A DNA stretch of 64,000 nt, taken from NCBI RefSeq assembly GCF_964213995.1, contig NC_135823.1:1674001-1738000 (forward strand), in the 5' to 3' direction. The DNA is from Mustelus asterias. Its lineage: Eukaryota. A program made the translations under genes and the position numbers. This document shows positions 47,391-61,699 of the stretch, in pieces (within the stretch, counting starts at the first letter, position 1; each line of letters begins with the position of its first letter). A model generated the notes under the pieces. The model saw only the letters and a program-made list of their open reading frames with translations, ran no database searches and was not told where the DNA came from.

Positions 47391-48473
47391 TCGCGTGTCG
47401 GCTTTTCTTTGCTGGAGTATTGGGTCATTGCTGCTTGAATTCTTGTCCAGATACTTGTAACTGCTGAACAGTTTGACCATTTATTTATCCCCCCGCCCCC
47501 CCAACACGCACACACACACACACGAGCGAACTGTCGTGCCTTCTGTCCATCAACCTGCTTAGTCAGGCATCCGGAATCATACAGGTGTCTGTCATACATG
47601 GAATGTTAGAAAATCCGATTAAATCACGGGCCGATGCAGGAATAAAATCTGAGGATATAATTTCAACAACATACTTATTTTACGCACTCTTTCCAAGAAA
47701 TTCTAGATATCAGGTACCAGGCTCGACATTAAAACAAATGAATACGTCGTTATCAATTGAATCAAAAATAATTGTATCATTTGAGGACTCAGTAACTGTC
47801 AACTAGTTTCAAAGCTGGTTGATGCTTAAGTTGAAATTGAGCCCAGAGTCACCTCATGACACTGTGGAAACATTTCTGCCTTGGGCGTGCTGCAAGGTAA
47901 AGGCACAATCCATGAAGTGGTGCAGATTCAACTGAAGAATAGAGAAACTTGGGAAATGTGCAGCAAGATCACAAACTATTGATCATAGAGTCATCGGGTC
48001 ATGGAGAAACACAGCACAGAAACAGGCCCTCTGGCCTAACTGGTCCATGCTAAACATTTTGCCCTCACAGCAAGTCCCAAATGCTCACATTTGACCAAGA
48101 TCCCTCACATACTTTCCCATCCATGTACTTATCCAAATGCTTTTTAAATGTTATGATTGAACCTGCTTCAAACACTTTCTGTGTTAGCTCATTTCATATA
48201 CGCACCACCCTCTTTGTGAAGAAGTTTCCATTCAGGTCCATTTTAAATCTACCCCCTCCCCCACACCCCCTGCCCCTCACATTAAAACTATGCCCTCTGC
48301 TTTTCAATTTCGCTACCCTGGGAAAAAAACCATGTGCTTTCATTCTATCTATGCCCGTCATAGTTTTATAAACCTCAATCAGCTCGCTCCCACATTTTCC
48401 TATGTTCGAAGCAATAAAACATTATCCTGGTCACTCGTACCCTATTAATCAGGCCCCCTTGTCCTGGAAAGGC

Positions 48474-49206
48474 TGAAGAAGGGAAAGGGTTAATGTTTTT
48501 TTTGTACTCAATGTATTTTGTGCCTAAAAGGTTGAACTTTGTATCTGGAATGTATCATAAACATATCGTTTACTTGTGGCTCGTCATCCCTTTTTTATAT
48601 TGCTCCTGGTAGTAGCATAAGCCATTTGTTCATGTCTTTCATCTTTTACTTTAGTATAAGCCATTTGTTCATGGTTCCCTCGCTTGTTTATATCATTCTG
48701 ATAAAACAGACAGTTGAATATAGATTTTAGTCTTTCTTTCTTGTAGGCTTGTCTGTGATTTAAACAGAGGAAGCAGCGACCAAATGGTAGAGTGCGAGAA
48801 TGGCCGTTTGAAGGAGGACTCCCACTGGGACAGTGGCACTCAGTCACTCAGTCACTTCAAAGGAAACGCTGCGGGAAGAGCAGGGGACCAGAGGTGACAC
48901 CTTGACTGCAACGACCAGAAGAATTGTGCTTTATGACCCAAGGATACCAGATGGTTTCTAACCATGATCCAAAGACTATCAGAAGCTGTTAAAGGAGCTA
49001 TAATTTACGATCAAGGACTGTTAACTGGACTTTGCTTCATGACTTGTATTGGCAACCCTGATGTATAAATATCCATGCTTCTTGTGTTCAGTGAGAACGT
49101 TGGCTTCCGCTTTCAAGGGGTCAAGTTCTCCCATAAGCTTGTGAGAATAAAGCCTGACTGTATTTTTGACTCATACCAGCCTACAGAGGTATATTGTCCG
49201 ACTTCA
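48474..49206 (+). mobile_element. Solo LTR (733 bp) inserted in a minus-strand CR1 fragment (about 47985-49330)
   Basis: TGAAG...CTTCA termini, perfect TSD AAGGC (48469-48473, 49207-49211), TATAAAT near 49064, AATAAA near 49146. Confidence 0.9.
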
Positions 49207-49474
49207 AAGGCCTTCGCAAATCTTATCTGCACTCTTTCCGGCATATCAATGTCTTTTAAATCAGATGGTGAATAAAACTGTACACAATACACCAAATGCG
49301 GCCTCACCAACGACTTACACAAATGTAAGGTGTGACTGAGTTTACAATATTAAGGAGTCAAATTGATCAAACTGCTTAAAAAGATTGAATAACGCGAGAG
49401 GCTCGAGAGGGCGCAAATCTAATCTCTCTGTGCGAAAGGTGTGACTGGAGAACAAGACGGGAGTGGTGGTGGAA

Positions 49475-52035
49475 CAAAAACAGAACATTTTGGAAAATCT
49501 CTTCAGTTCTGACAGCAATTATGGAGCGTCAAAGAGTCGAAGAATCATAGAAGTTTAAGCACAGAAACAGGCCTTTCGGCCCAATTTGTCCATGCCATCC
49601 CTTTTTAACAACTAAGCTAGCCCCAATTGTCCACATTTGGTCCATATCCGTCGAGACCCATCTTACCCATGTAACTGTCTAAATGCATTTTAAAAGACAC
49701 AATTTCCCCTGCCTCTCCTCCTACTTCTTGCAGCTTGTTCCAGACACTCACCATTCTCTGTGTGTAAGAAATCCCCTCTGCACCCTTTTGTATCTCTCCC
49801 CCTCACCTTAAACCTAAACCCTGAAGTTTTATAGCCGCCCCCCGCCCCCCTCCCGCCCCCCACCCACCTACCTTTGGGAAAAGATGTTGACTATCTAACT
49901 GATCTATGCCCCTGATTATTATATAGACGTCTATAAGATCACCTCTAAGCCTTCTACGCTACAGGGAAAAATGTCCCAGTCCATTCAGCCTCTCCTTAAA
50001 AATTAAACCATCAAGTAAGGTGGTATGTTGATGGAGAAGATTCTGAGGGACAGGATTTATGAACATTTAAAGAAGTTTAGTATGCTCAAAAGTAGACAGC
50101 ACGGCTTTGTCAAAGGCAAATCGTGCCTTACGAGACTGGTGGAGTTCTTTGAAAATGTGACTTAACACCTTGACGAAGGAAAAGCAGTAGATGTGGTTTA
50201 CATGGACTTCAGCAAGGCGTTCGATAAGGTCCCCCATGCAAGACTTCTCGAGAAAGTGAGAGGGCATGGGATCCAAGGGGCTGTTGCCTTGTGAATTCAG
50301 AACTGGCTTCCTGCAGAAGGCAGAGCGTGGTCGTAGAAGGGTCTTTTTCTGAATGGAGGTCGGTCACCAGTGGAGTGCCCAGGGATCTGTTCTGGGACCC
50401 TTGCTGTTTGTCATTTTCATAAATGACCTGGATGAGGAAGTGGAGGAATGGGTTGGTAAGTTTGCCGACGACACGATGATTGGTGGTGTTGTGGATAGGT
50501 GGTGGGAGTCAAAAGCTGCAGCGTGACATAGACAGTATGCGAGACTGGGCGGAAAAGTGGCAGATGGACTTCAACCCGGGTAAATGTGTTGTGGTCCATT
50601 TTGGCAGGTCAAATGGGATGGTGGAGTATTATATCAAGAGTAAGACTCTTAGTAGTGTAGAGGATCAGAAGGACCTTGGGGTCCGGGTCCATAGGACTCT
50701 TAAATCGGCCTCGCAGGTAGAGGAGGTGGTTAAGAAGGAGTATGGTGTGCTGGCCTTCATCAATCGAGGGATTGAGTTTATGAGTTGGGAGATACTGATG
50801 CAGCTTTATAAGACCCTCGTCAGACCCTACTTGGAGTACTGTGCTCAGTTCTGGTTGCCTCATTACAGGAGGGAATGTGGAAATGATTGAAAGGGTGCAG
50901 AGAAGATTTACAAGGATGGTGCCTGGATTGGGTTGGCATGCCTTATGAGCTTAGGCTCAGGGAGCTTGGTCTTTTCTCCTTGGAGAGAAGAAGGATGAGA
51001 GGTGACCTGATACAGGTGTACAAGATGTTGACAGGTATAGATCGGGTGGATTCTCGGAGGCTTTTTCCCAGGGCTGAAATGGCTGCTACGAGAGGACACA
51101 GGTTTAAAGTGCTGGGGAGTAGGTACAGAGGAGATGTCAGGGGTATGTTTTTCACTCAGAGGGTGGTGGGTGAGTGGCATCGGCTGCCGTCAGTGGTAGT
51201 GGAGGCAAACTCGATAGGGTCTTTTAAGAGACTTCTGGATGAGTACATGGGACGTAATAGGATTGAGGGTTATAGTTAAGCCGATATATGAGCCTGGGTA
51301 GGCTGGGACATGACCGGCACAACTTGTGGGCCGAAGGGCCTGTTTGTGCTGTATTTTTCTATGTTCTATGTTTAAGTCCCTGTCACATCCTAGTAAATCT
51401 TTTCTGCACTCCTTCGAGTTTAATAATATCCTTTCTATAATAGGGTGACCAGAACTGTACACAGTATTCCAAGTGTGGTCTTACCACTGTCCTGTACAAC
51501 TTCAACAAGACGTCCCAACTCCTTTATTCAATGTTCTGACCAATGAAACCAAGCATGCCAAATGCCTTCCTCGCCACTGTGTCCACCCGTGACTCCACTT
51601 TCAAGGAGCTAATGATCTGTAGCGCTGGATCGCTTTGTTCTATAACTCTCCCCAACCCCCAACTATTGACTGAGTAACTCCTGCCCTGGTTCGATCTACC
51701 AAATGCAACATCTCGGATTTATCTAAATTAAACTCCATCTGTCATTCATCAGCCCACAGGCCCAATTGATCAAGATCCCGTTGCAATCCTCGGTAACCTT
51801 TTTCACTGTCCACTGGCCACCAATTTTGGTGTTATTTGCAAACTTACTATCCATGCCTCCTAAATTCTCATCCAAATCATTAATATAAATGACAAATAAC
51901 TGGAGCCAGCAGCGATCACTGAGGCACACCGCTGGTCACAGGCCTCCAGTTTGAAAAGTAACCCTTTCCAACCATCCCCTGTCTTAGAGAGAACAGAGCC
52001 AACGTTTTGAGTCTGAATGACCCTACCTCAGAGCT
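49475..52035. mobile_element. Three-level nest: pLTR remnant > CR1 (-, about 49530-51984) > CR1 (+, about 50018-51372)
   Basis: Each outer element resumes colinearly after the inner one; AAGT repeated at the inner junctions. Confidence 0.78.
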
Positions 52036-52550
52036 CATGTTTTGATACATGATTTTCCTGGCACAATAGAGGTTTGAATTTGGACAATAGAACTGATAAT
52101 TCGAGTGGCTTGAACACAGATTTTTTCAAATGTAGACGGGGCGTATTTTTATTTCCACAGACAAAAAAATGGCACAGTGGTTAGCACTGCTGCCTCACAG
52201 CCAGGGACTTGGGTTCGATTCCGGGTTTGGATGACTGTCTGTGTGGAGTCTGCACGTTCTCCCTCGTGTCTTCATGGGTTTCCTTCGGCTGCTCGGATTT
52301 ACTCCCAACAATCCGAGCTACGTGCTGCTGAGGTGCTTCGGCCATGCTAAATTCTCCAGAATCTTGAGGTGTTCTGAGGCAAGAACGAGAAATAATCGAT
52401 GGAATAATGGTTGCCCTGATGGATGGTAAGAGCTAAACCGTGTGGGATGCATGAACGTTGTTAAGCAGAATGGACTTTTCCTTCTGCCCATAGCAACACG
52501 GGCCTCCAAATACTCTTCGCAATTTCCGTGTAGAATGTTTTACAATTCAA

Positions 52551-54628
52551 TTGATAGGAATTGATAGAATGATAGGACTGCAGGACAGGCATGTGCCTGT
52601 AAAGAGGAAGGATAGGAAAGGTAGGATTCGAGAGCCGTGGATAACCAGTGAAATTGTGGGCCTAATCAAAGAGAAAAAAGAGGCATACATGTGGTCCAGG
52701 CAGCGAAAAACAAATGGAGCACTGGAGGAAGACAGAGAAAGTAGAAAAGAACTCAAACAGGGACTTAGAAGGGCAAAAAGGGGTCAGGAAATGCCCTTGG
52801 CAGACAGAATTAAGGAGAATCCTAAGGCATTTTATACATACATCAGGAACAAGAGGATTGTTAGGGAAAGAATCAGGCCTCGCAGGGACAAAGGAGGGGA
52901 ATTATGCTTAGAACCAAAGGAAGTAGGTGAGATCCTAAACGAATACTTTGCATCAGTATTCACAAAGGAGAGGGACATGTTGACTGGTATTGTCTCAGAG
53001 AGATGTGTTGACCCGTTAGAAAATATCTAAATTACAAGGGAAGAAGTGTTAGGTTTTTTAGGAAACATTAAGACAGACAAATCCCCAGGGGCCGATGGCA
53101 TCTATCCTGGACTCCTCAGGGAGGCGAGAGATGCAATTGCTGGGCCTCTAACAGAAATCTTTGTCTCTTCACTGTACACAGGTCAGGTCCCAGAGGATTG
53201 GCAGATGGCAAATGTGGTCCCGCTATTTAGGAAGGGTAGCAAGGATAACCCGGGTAATTATAGGCTGGTGAGCTTGACGTCCGTGGTAGGGAAGTTGTTG
53301 GAGAAGATTCTTAGGGATGGGATATCTGCGCATTTCGAACTGAATAATCTCATTCGCGATTGCCCGCGTGGTTTTGTACGAGGGAGGTCTTGCCTCACAA
53401 ATTTGGTTGCGTTTTTTGAGGAGGTGACAAAAACGATTGTCGAGGGAAGGGCTGTTGATGTCGTTTATATGGATTTTAGTAAAACGTTTGACAAGGTCCC
53501 TCATGGCAGGCTGGTGCATAAGGTTAAATCTCACGGGATAAAAGGTGAGTTAGCTAGATGGGTGGAGAACTGGCTTAGCCATAGAAGACAGAGGGTAGCA
53601 GTGGAGGGGTCTTTTTCCGGTTGGAGGTCTGTGACTAGTGGTGTTCCGCAGGGCTTTGTAGTGGGACCTCTGCTGTTTGTGATTTATATAAATGATTTGG
53701 AGGAAGACGTAACTGGTGTGATCAGTAAGTTTGCGGATGACACGAAGATTGCTGGAGTTGCGGATAGTGATGAACATTGTCAGAGAATGCAGCAGGATAT
53801 CGATAGGCTGGAACATTGGGTGGAGAAATGGCAGATGAACAGTAATCCAGGTAAATGCGAAGTGATGCATTTCGGTAAGGGGGAGCTATACAATATATGG
53901 CAGAACCACCAGAAGTATAGACAAACAGAGGGACCTGGGTGTACAAGTCCACTGATCCTTAAAGGTGGCAGCACAGGTGGAGAGGGTGGTGAAGATGGCA
54001 TATGGCATGCTTGCCTTTATTGAAAGGGGCATAGAATATAAAAGTTGGCATATGATGTTGCAGCTGTATAGAACGATGGTTAGGCCACATTTGAAATACT
54101 GCGTCCAGTTCTGGTCGCCACACCACCAGAAGGACGTGGTGGCTTTTGAGAGAGTACAGAGATGATTTACCAGGATGTTGCCTGTTATGGAGGGTCTTAG
54201 CTATGAGGATAGATTGGGTAAACTGGGATTGTTCTCCCTGGAAAGACGTAGGATGAGGGGCGACCTAATAGAGGTGTATAAAATTATGAAGGGCGTAGAT
54301 AGGGTGAACAGTGGGGAGCTTTTTCCCAGGTCGGAGGTGACGAACACAAGGGGTCACGGGTTCAAGGTGAGGAGGGAAAGGTTCAACACAGATGTCAGGG
54401 GGACGTATTTTACACAGAGGGTGGTGGGGGCCTGGAAAGCACTGTGAAGCAAGGCGATTGAGGCGGACACGCTGGGATCATTTAAGACTTATCCAGATAG
54501 CCACATTAACAGACTGGGAATAGAGGGATACAAAGGAATGGTCTCGTGGGCACATCAGCAGCGCAGGCTTGGAAGGCCGAAGGGCCTGTTCCTGTGCTGT
54601 ACTGTTCTTTGTTCTTGGTTCTTTACTT
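52551..54628 (+). mobile_element. Decayed CR1 of the same subfamily as 26789-30436, without the 3'UTR insert
   Basis: High similarity to the 969-aa ORF2 ([24 protein letters not shown]...), with stops and frameshifts. Confidence 0.93.
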
Positions 54629-54889
54629 TCACATCACATACGGAAAAGAAAACAAGGACCGATTTGGGCGGAGATGGAAATGGAGAGGACAGGATTCGGA
54701 TAGAATGTGAACAATGGGATTTGCTTTTGGGTTGAATGACATATTTATTTGCGTTCTGCTCTTTGTAAATCCACTCGATGTAATGACCATGTTAAATTTT
54801 CCCTCATTGTACACAAACAGGCGTCGGAGCGTGGCGACAAAGGGATGTTCACAGTAACATCATTGCACTGTTAATATAAGCCTACAAAA

Positions 54890-57605
54890 AGACAAAGAAA
54901 GAGAGAAAAGTACAACACTGGAACAGGCCCATCGGCCCTCTCGTCCTGCACCAATCATGATGCCTGCCCAAAATAAAACCATATGCACCTCCGGAGGCAG
55001 GCTCCTTCCATTTCCATCCTATCGGTGAATTCGTCTCGTTGCCCCTTAAATACTGCTATTGTACCTGCTCTCACCATCTTCCCGGGCAGAGCATTCCAAA
55101 CATTCACCATCCTCTGAGTAAAAAGCTGCCTCTCACGTCGCCTCTAAACTTTTCCCCACGCACCTTAAACCTATGCCCCCAGTGCTTGCTTTTCTACCTT
55201 AGGAAAGAGCACTTGACTATCTACCCTGTCCGTGCCACTCATAATCTTGTAAAGCTCAAACTCCCTCGTTCGAAAGATAACAACCCGAGATTGTCCAAAC
55301 TCTTTTCATAGCTAATATCCCTAGGCAAGACCAGGCAACATCCTGGTAAATATCTTGTGTACCCTCTCCAAAGCATCCACATCATGCTGGTGGTGTGGCG
55401 AACAGAAATGTGCACAATATTCCAAATGAGGCGTAACTAAGTTTTTATACAGCTGTAGCATGACCTGTGAATGTTTATACTCAATGTCCCGACCAATGAA
55501 GGGAAGCATTTTGTATGTCTTCATGACTACATTATCCACGTGTGTTGCCACTTTCAGTGATTGGTGGACATGCACGTCGAGGTATCTCTGCCTGTCAATA
55601 CCCCTAAGTGTTCTATCATTTACTGGATAATTTAATCATCCTTCTCGGAATCCTTTCCAATACTTTCACTACACAGACCTCAGGCTCACCGTCCTATAAT
55701 TTCCTGGATTATTCCTGCTGCCCTTCGTAAACAATGCAACAACATTGGGCATCCTCCAGTCCTCTGGAACTTCACTATAGCTATTGAAGACGCAATGATT
55801 GCTGTCAAGGCTGTAATAATTTCCGCCCTTGCCTCTCTCAGTATTCTGGGCTAGATCCCATCAGGCCCTAAGGACCTATCTACTTTAATGCTTTTTAAGA
55901 AGCCCAGTACCTCCTCCTTTTTGATATTGACACGACCTAGAAGATCTATACACCCTATCCTCAGCTCCTCAACCATCAAGTCCCACTCTTTGGTGAATAC
56001 TGAGGCAAAGTATTCATTCAGTATCTCGCCAATTTCCTCAGCTTCCGTGTATGGATGCCCTCCACTATCTTTTAGTGCAACAACCCTTTCCATGGCAACC
56101 CTCTTGCTCTTTACATACGTATAAAATGCCTTAGGAGTTTCGTAATCCTGTTTGCAAGGACTTTTCATGACCCATATTAGTCCTGCTCGCTCCTTCGTCA
56201 AGTCCCTTCCAACGTTTTATACCTTCTTGAAGGGCTTCAACTGTCCTAAGTCATTAAGACCTTACAAATATTTTTTTTTTTCTGTTTGAAAAGGCCCATT
56301 CATAATATCTATCGTTATCAAGGGTTCCCGATACTTGCCACACTTATCCTTCATTCTCACAGGTACATGCCTGTCCTGAATTCCAATCAACTGGCATTTG
56401 AAAGACTCTCACATGTCGGAAGTTGATTTATTCCCAAACTGCTTCCCCCAACAACACTTTCCAGACCTTGCCCAATCGGTCATATCATTGAATACAGGAG
56501 TTGGGACATCTTGTTGAAGTTGTACAAGACATTGGTAAGCCAAACTTGGAATACTGTGTACAATTCTGGTCACCCTAATATAGAAACTATATTATTAAAC
56601 TCGAAAGAGTGCGGAAAAGATTTACGAAGATGCAACCGGGACTTGATAGTTTGAGTTATAAGGAGCAGCTAGATAGACTGGGACTTTTTGCTCTGAAGTG
56701 TAGGAGGCTGAGGGGTGATCTTATAGCGGTCTATAAAATAATGAGGGGTCCAGATCAGCTAGATAGTCAATAACTTTTCCCAAAGGTAGGGGGGTCGAAA
56801 ACTAGAGGGCATAGGTTTAAGGTAAGAGCGAAGAGGTACAAAAGTGTCCAGAGGGGCACTTTCTTCACACAGTGGGTGGTGAGTGTCTGGAACAAGCTCC
56901 CAGAGGTAGTAGTAGAGGCGGGTAAAATGTTGTCTTTTAAACGCATTTAGATAGTTACATGGGTAAGATGGTATAGAGGGATATAGGCCAAATGTGGGCA
57001 ATTGGGATTAGCTTCGGGGTTTAAAAAGAAAAGGGCGGCATTGACAAGTTGGGCCGAAGGGCCTGTTTCCATGTTGTAAACCTGTATGACTCTATGTTGT
57101 GGTACTTAGTCTTCCCCAGTTTAACACATTCGCCACACTTGCCCTATGTCTTATGGTCTTATGGTCTTATTGACAAGCACCTTTAAAATGACGGATTTAT
57201 GGTCACTGTTCCGGAAATGCCCTCCTACTGAAACTTTGACCACCTGGCCGGACTCATTCCCCAATGCCAGGCCTATCATGGCTCCTTCCCGATTTGGGCT
57301 ATTTACATACGGTCTCAAGAAACCCTCCTGGACGCTCCTGACAAATTCTTCCCCATCGAAGCCCCTAGCTCTAAGTGAGTCCCAGTCAATATAGGGAAAG
57401 TTAAAATCACCCACCACAACATACCTGTTGTTTTTGCAACTTTCCAAAACAGGTCTGATAATCTGCTCCTTTCTCTGCCGCTGGATGTCGAGAGGCCTGT
57501 CATAACCCCCAACATTGTGACGGCTTCCTGTTCCTGAGATATTAATACATTGATTCGCTGCCTCAACGGTCCTCGGTGCCCTCCCTCAATGCAGCTGTAA
57601 TATTC
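54890..57605 (-). mobile_element. Decayed CR1 with a nested plus-strand CR1 3' end (about 56478-57097)
   Basis: GDFNFP.IDW, SDH, KAFYTYVKSKR, PHLEYC motifs. Confidence 0.85.
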
Positions 57606-57789
57606 TCAAACGATTTCAAGGAAGTCTCGGAGCGGCTGCAGGACTGAAGGGGAGTGCGAAAAGCCAGTGGTCGTAGTACACGTTGGTACAAGGGACACAG
57701 GTTAGAAAAAAATGCAGAATGCAGGGAGCGAGGGAAAGGTTGTGGCACCGCATCCGCCCGTGATGGGCAGGTGAAGAAGAGGAGGAGAA

Positions 57790-58810
57790 CTCTGGTCTAC
57801 ATTCTTCGAGGGGATGACGGACGCCATATGCCGCTGCAGGTTCCAGCTAAGTCATGGGATGGTTCGGCCCCTGAGACTGACCTTGGCAGACCGGGAATCT
57901 CGAGAGCTGGGAGGCCGCCCGTTACCAGTGGCAGTGAAAGTCAAGGCAGCTGTCAACTTCTACACAACCAGGTCCTTCCAGACTGTCATCTCTCAGCTTT
58001 CAATGCACAAGCGCATCCATCAGGTCATAGAGTCATAGAGGTTTACAGCATGGAAACAGACTCTTCGGCCCAACTTGTCCATGCCACCCTTTTTTTAAAA
58101 AAACCCTAAACTAATCCCAACTGCCCGCATTTGGCCCATATCCCTCTATACCCATCGTACCCATGTAACTATCTAAATGCTTTTGAAAATACAAAATTAT
58201 ACCCGCCTCTACTACTACCCCTAGCAGCTTGTTCCAGACACTCACCACCCTCTGTGTGAAAAAGCTGCCCCTCTGGACACTTTTGTATCTCTCCCCTCGC
58301 ACCGTAAACCTATGACGTCATGGAAGCCCTGTTCACCCAGGGTGCCAACAACATCCACTTCGACGTGGGCAAGGCGCAACAGAAAGTGTGGAAAGCAGAT
58401 TTCACCACCATCGCTGGCATGCCCCATGTGCAGGGGGTGATATATGACACGCATATCGTCCTGTGATCCCCGCACGGGCAGGGACTGTGGTTCACCAATA
58501 GGAAAGGTTTCCATTCCGTCAATGTACACACTGTCTGTCACTACAGGCTGAATATCTTGCACGTGTGTGCACGTCAACCGGGTAGCGTGCACGGCAGCTA
58601 CATTCTCCAGATTTCAGACATCCCTGGCTATTCGAGGACCAGTTCAGGCTGCGTGAACGGCTCGTCAGGGACATGGGATACCCGCTAGGGACCTTGGCTC
58701 ATGACGCCAGTGTGGATGCGACAGGCCACGGTGGAGCTCAGCTGGAATGAAGCTCAGAGCTTCATCCAGTGCATTGTGGATCATCAGGCTTCTGAAAATT
58801 TGCTTCTGAG
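57790..58810 (+). mobile_element. Harbinger (HARBI1-like DDE) transposase relic split by a CR1 tail (about 58028-58312, -)
   Basis: LPVAVKV.AA.NFY.T.SFQ...ISQ; AGMPHVQGVI..THI; NRKGFHSVNV; PGSVH..YIL; D.GYPL..WLMTP; catalytic Asps degenerate. Confidence 0.88.
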
Positions 58811-58839
58811 CGTCGGGTGGAGGGAGTAGATGATTGCGA

Positions 58840-59825
58840 ATGTGGTGCCAATCAAGCGAACTGCTTTGTCCAGAATGACGTCAAGCTACTTGCGAGTGTT
58901 TGGAGCTGCAGGTAAGTGAGGAGTATTCCATCACACTCCTGATTTGTGCATCGTAGATGGTGGGCGGGCTTTGGGGAGTCAGGTGATGAGTTACTCACCA
59001 CAGTATTCCTCGCCTCTGACCTGCTCCAATAGCCATGTTTGTGAGATGGCGATTCCAATTGAGTTTATTGTCAAGGCTATCTCCAAGGATGTTAACATTG
59101 GGTATTCAGTGAATGCAACACCTTTGAATGTCAAGGGGTGGTGGTTAGAGTGTCTCTTATTGGTAATGGTAATTATGTGGCATTTGTGTGTCGTGAATGT
59201 TACTTGCCGTTTGTCAAACCAAGTCTGGACGTTGTCCATATCATGTTGCATTTGAATATGGACTGCTTCAGTACCTGATGAGTCCTGAATGGTGCTGAAC
59301 ATCGTGCAATCATCGGTGAACATCGTCGCTTTTGACCTCATGATGGAAGGAAGGCAATTGCTGAAGCAGCTGAAAATATTTTACCTCGGACAACCCCGTG
59401 AGGGGCTCCTGCATAGATGTCCTGGAGCTGAGATGAATGTTTCCCCCACAACCACAACCATCCTCCTACGTAGCAGTACAGAACATAGAAGAAGATAGAA
59501 ACGCAACAGCACCAACAGGCCCTTCGGCCCACAAGTTGCGCAGAACAATTTCCTTACCTACTAGGCTCATCTATAACCCTCCATCTTACGAACATCCATG
59601 ATCTATCCAAAAGTATCTTAAAAGACTCAATCGAAATAGAACATAGAAAAACATAGAGACGTATGACTGCAACCAGTGGAGAGGTTGGCTCCTGATACCC
59701 ATTTCTTCCGGTTTGCTAGGTTTCCTTAATGCCACTCGATCGAATGTGGCCTTGATGTCAAGGATTGTCATTCTCGCCTCACCTCTGGAATTCAGCGATT
59801 TTGTCTATGTTTGAACCAAGGTTGA
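58840..59825 (-). mobile_element. L2/CR1-group LINE RT fragment (family of 5455-6213) with an inserted CR1 tail
   Basis: LDIKATFDRV, MFTDDCTMF, KCHIITITNKR. Confidence 0.8.
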
Positions 59826-60179
59826 ATTTAGGTCTGGAGCTTTCAGGTCATAGTATTGAGCTCACAGAAGCCTTCAACATTATCCTAAATTAAACCAAGA
59901 CATGCATGCTCCAAATCATTTTTTTTCTTTCTGCTACAGAGTCAGCCCCTCACATTGACCATATCATCAAAACATCCTGTTAATAAGCATTGCAGGGAAC
60001 ATTCTTGCGAAAAGAAATAGCCCATTACCTCTATCACATGAATAACTAGACGACTGCAGTCAGTGCTTAACTGGCTTTTACAAATCTTTTTTCGAAACCC
60101 TTGTGACACACTGACTGCCTGCAGAATAGATCTAAATGTTAAACAGTCTCCAGAAACACAAAACAAATATATCGATGAT

Positions 60180-60962
60180 GCATCTTGGAAGGTCCAATAC
60201 ACGTTAGATTGTACAATAATTGGTAGCACGCTCAGAAGTATTGGCAGGCAAAGAGATCTGGGCGTACATGTTGAACGATCACGGAAAGTGGTAACGCAGT
60301 TGGATAAGGTAGTCAAGAAAGCATATGGCATGCTTGCCTTCAGCGGTCCGGGCATTGAGGATAAACATTGGCAGGTTACACTGCAGGTGCACACGACCTT
60401 AGTTAGGACTCATGTAGAATATTGTGTACAATTCTGGTCAGCATACAACCAGAAGCGTTTGCATGCTTCGGAGAGGGTACCAGAAAAGGTTGACCAGGAT
60501 GTTACCTGGTCTCTGCAACCTATGAGGAGTGGTTGGACCAACTCGGTTTGTTGTCACTGGCAAGACGGAGGTTGAGGGGTGACCTGATAGAGGTCAACAA
60601 GATTATGAGGGGCATGGAGAGGGTGGATAGTCAGATAATCTTTCCTGGGGTAGAAAATTCAAGTACGAGGGGCATATTTTTAAAGTGCGTGGGGGAAAGT
60701 TTAGAGGAGATGTGCGAGCCAAGTTTTTTACACAGAGGGTGTTGAATGTCTGGAACACTCTGCCTTGGGAGGTGGTGGGAGCAGGTACAATTGCGGCATT
60801 AAAGGGGAAACTAGACGAATGCATGAATAAGATGGAAATGGAAGGATACAGACTCCGTATGTGCAATCGGTTTTAGTTTAGGCAGGCATCATGATCGGCA
60901 TAGGCTTGGGGGGCCGGAGGGCCTGTTCCTGTGCTGTACTTTGCTTTTATCTTTGTTCTTTG
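60180..60962 (+). mobile_element. Decayed CR1 3' part
   Basis: QRDLGVHV...KKAYGMLAF...FFTQRV; tail. Confidence 0.88.
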
Positions 60963-61699
60963 CCCTCCTATTATCACAAAACTCATAAAAGTCAGAGATT
61001 GATGAAACCCAGGATGGGAGGGATTTACTCCAGTAACCTAACACCTTTATATCTATCCTCGAAGATCTCCAGACTAAGTAAATATTTAATCGGTCCCAAA
61101 TTAATAAAGTGCAAGGAAATGAGTCATTACCTTCAGACATGCAATGTTTGGAAGTTAAGGTGAGAAAGATTCGGATTGTGAAACAGGAAGGACCATTGAT
61201 GTGAGAGATGGAGAGCGATGGAAATGATCAATGTTAGAGTTTCAACACGAAATAAAAGTGTAGCAGCAAGAGAGAGGAAACACAATTGGAAATTTACAAT
61301 TTTACAGAATGACAAATACCTCCTCCAGAAACAACTTGAAATTGCACAACAAATGTAAGAGAAAAGTAAATCAAGAAGGCATTTTGACGGATACATGGAT
61401 AGGAAAGTTTTAGAGGGTTACAGGCCAAATGCAAGCAAATTACTCTAGATGGAAATTTTGGTCGGCATGGAACAGTTTGGCTTGAAGACACTGCCTCCAT
61501 GCCCTAGGTTCTGTGATTCTATGAAGAAAGGGGGGGGGGGGTGAGTTCTCGCTGTTTCTGTAAATATTTCTCAGTAATAATCTTGAAAGAACAATGCACC
61601 AAGCGAAACCAGTATTTTGCATTGGAACACACTTGTATATAAAATCAGCCGGGGTTTGGTAAAACCAGTAAAGCAACACATTCATTCGAGGTACTGACA

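Noticed and set aside
57790-58810. Host HARBI1 gene
   Set aside because: Stops, frameshifts, lost catalytic Asps and a CR1 insertion mark it as a dead transposon copy.
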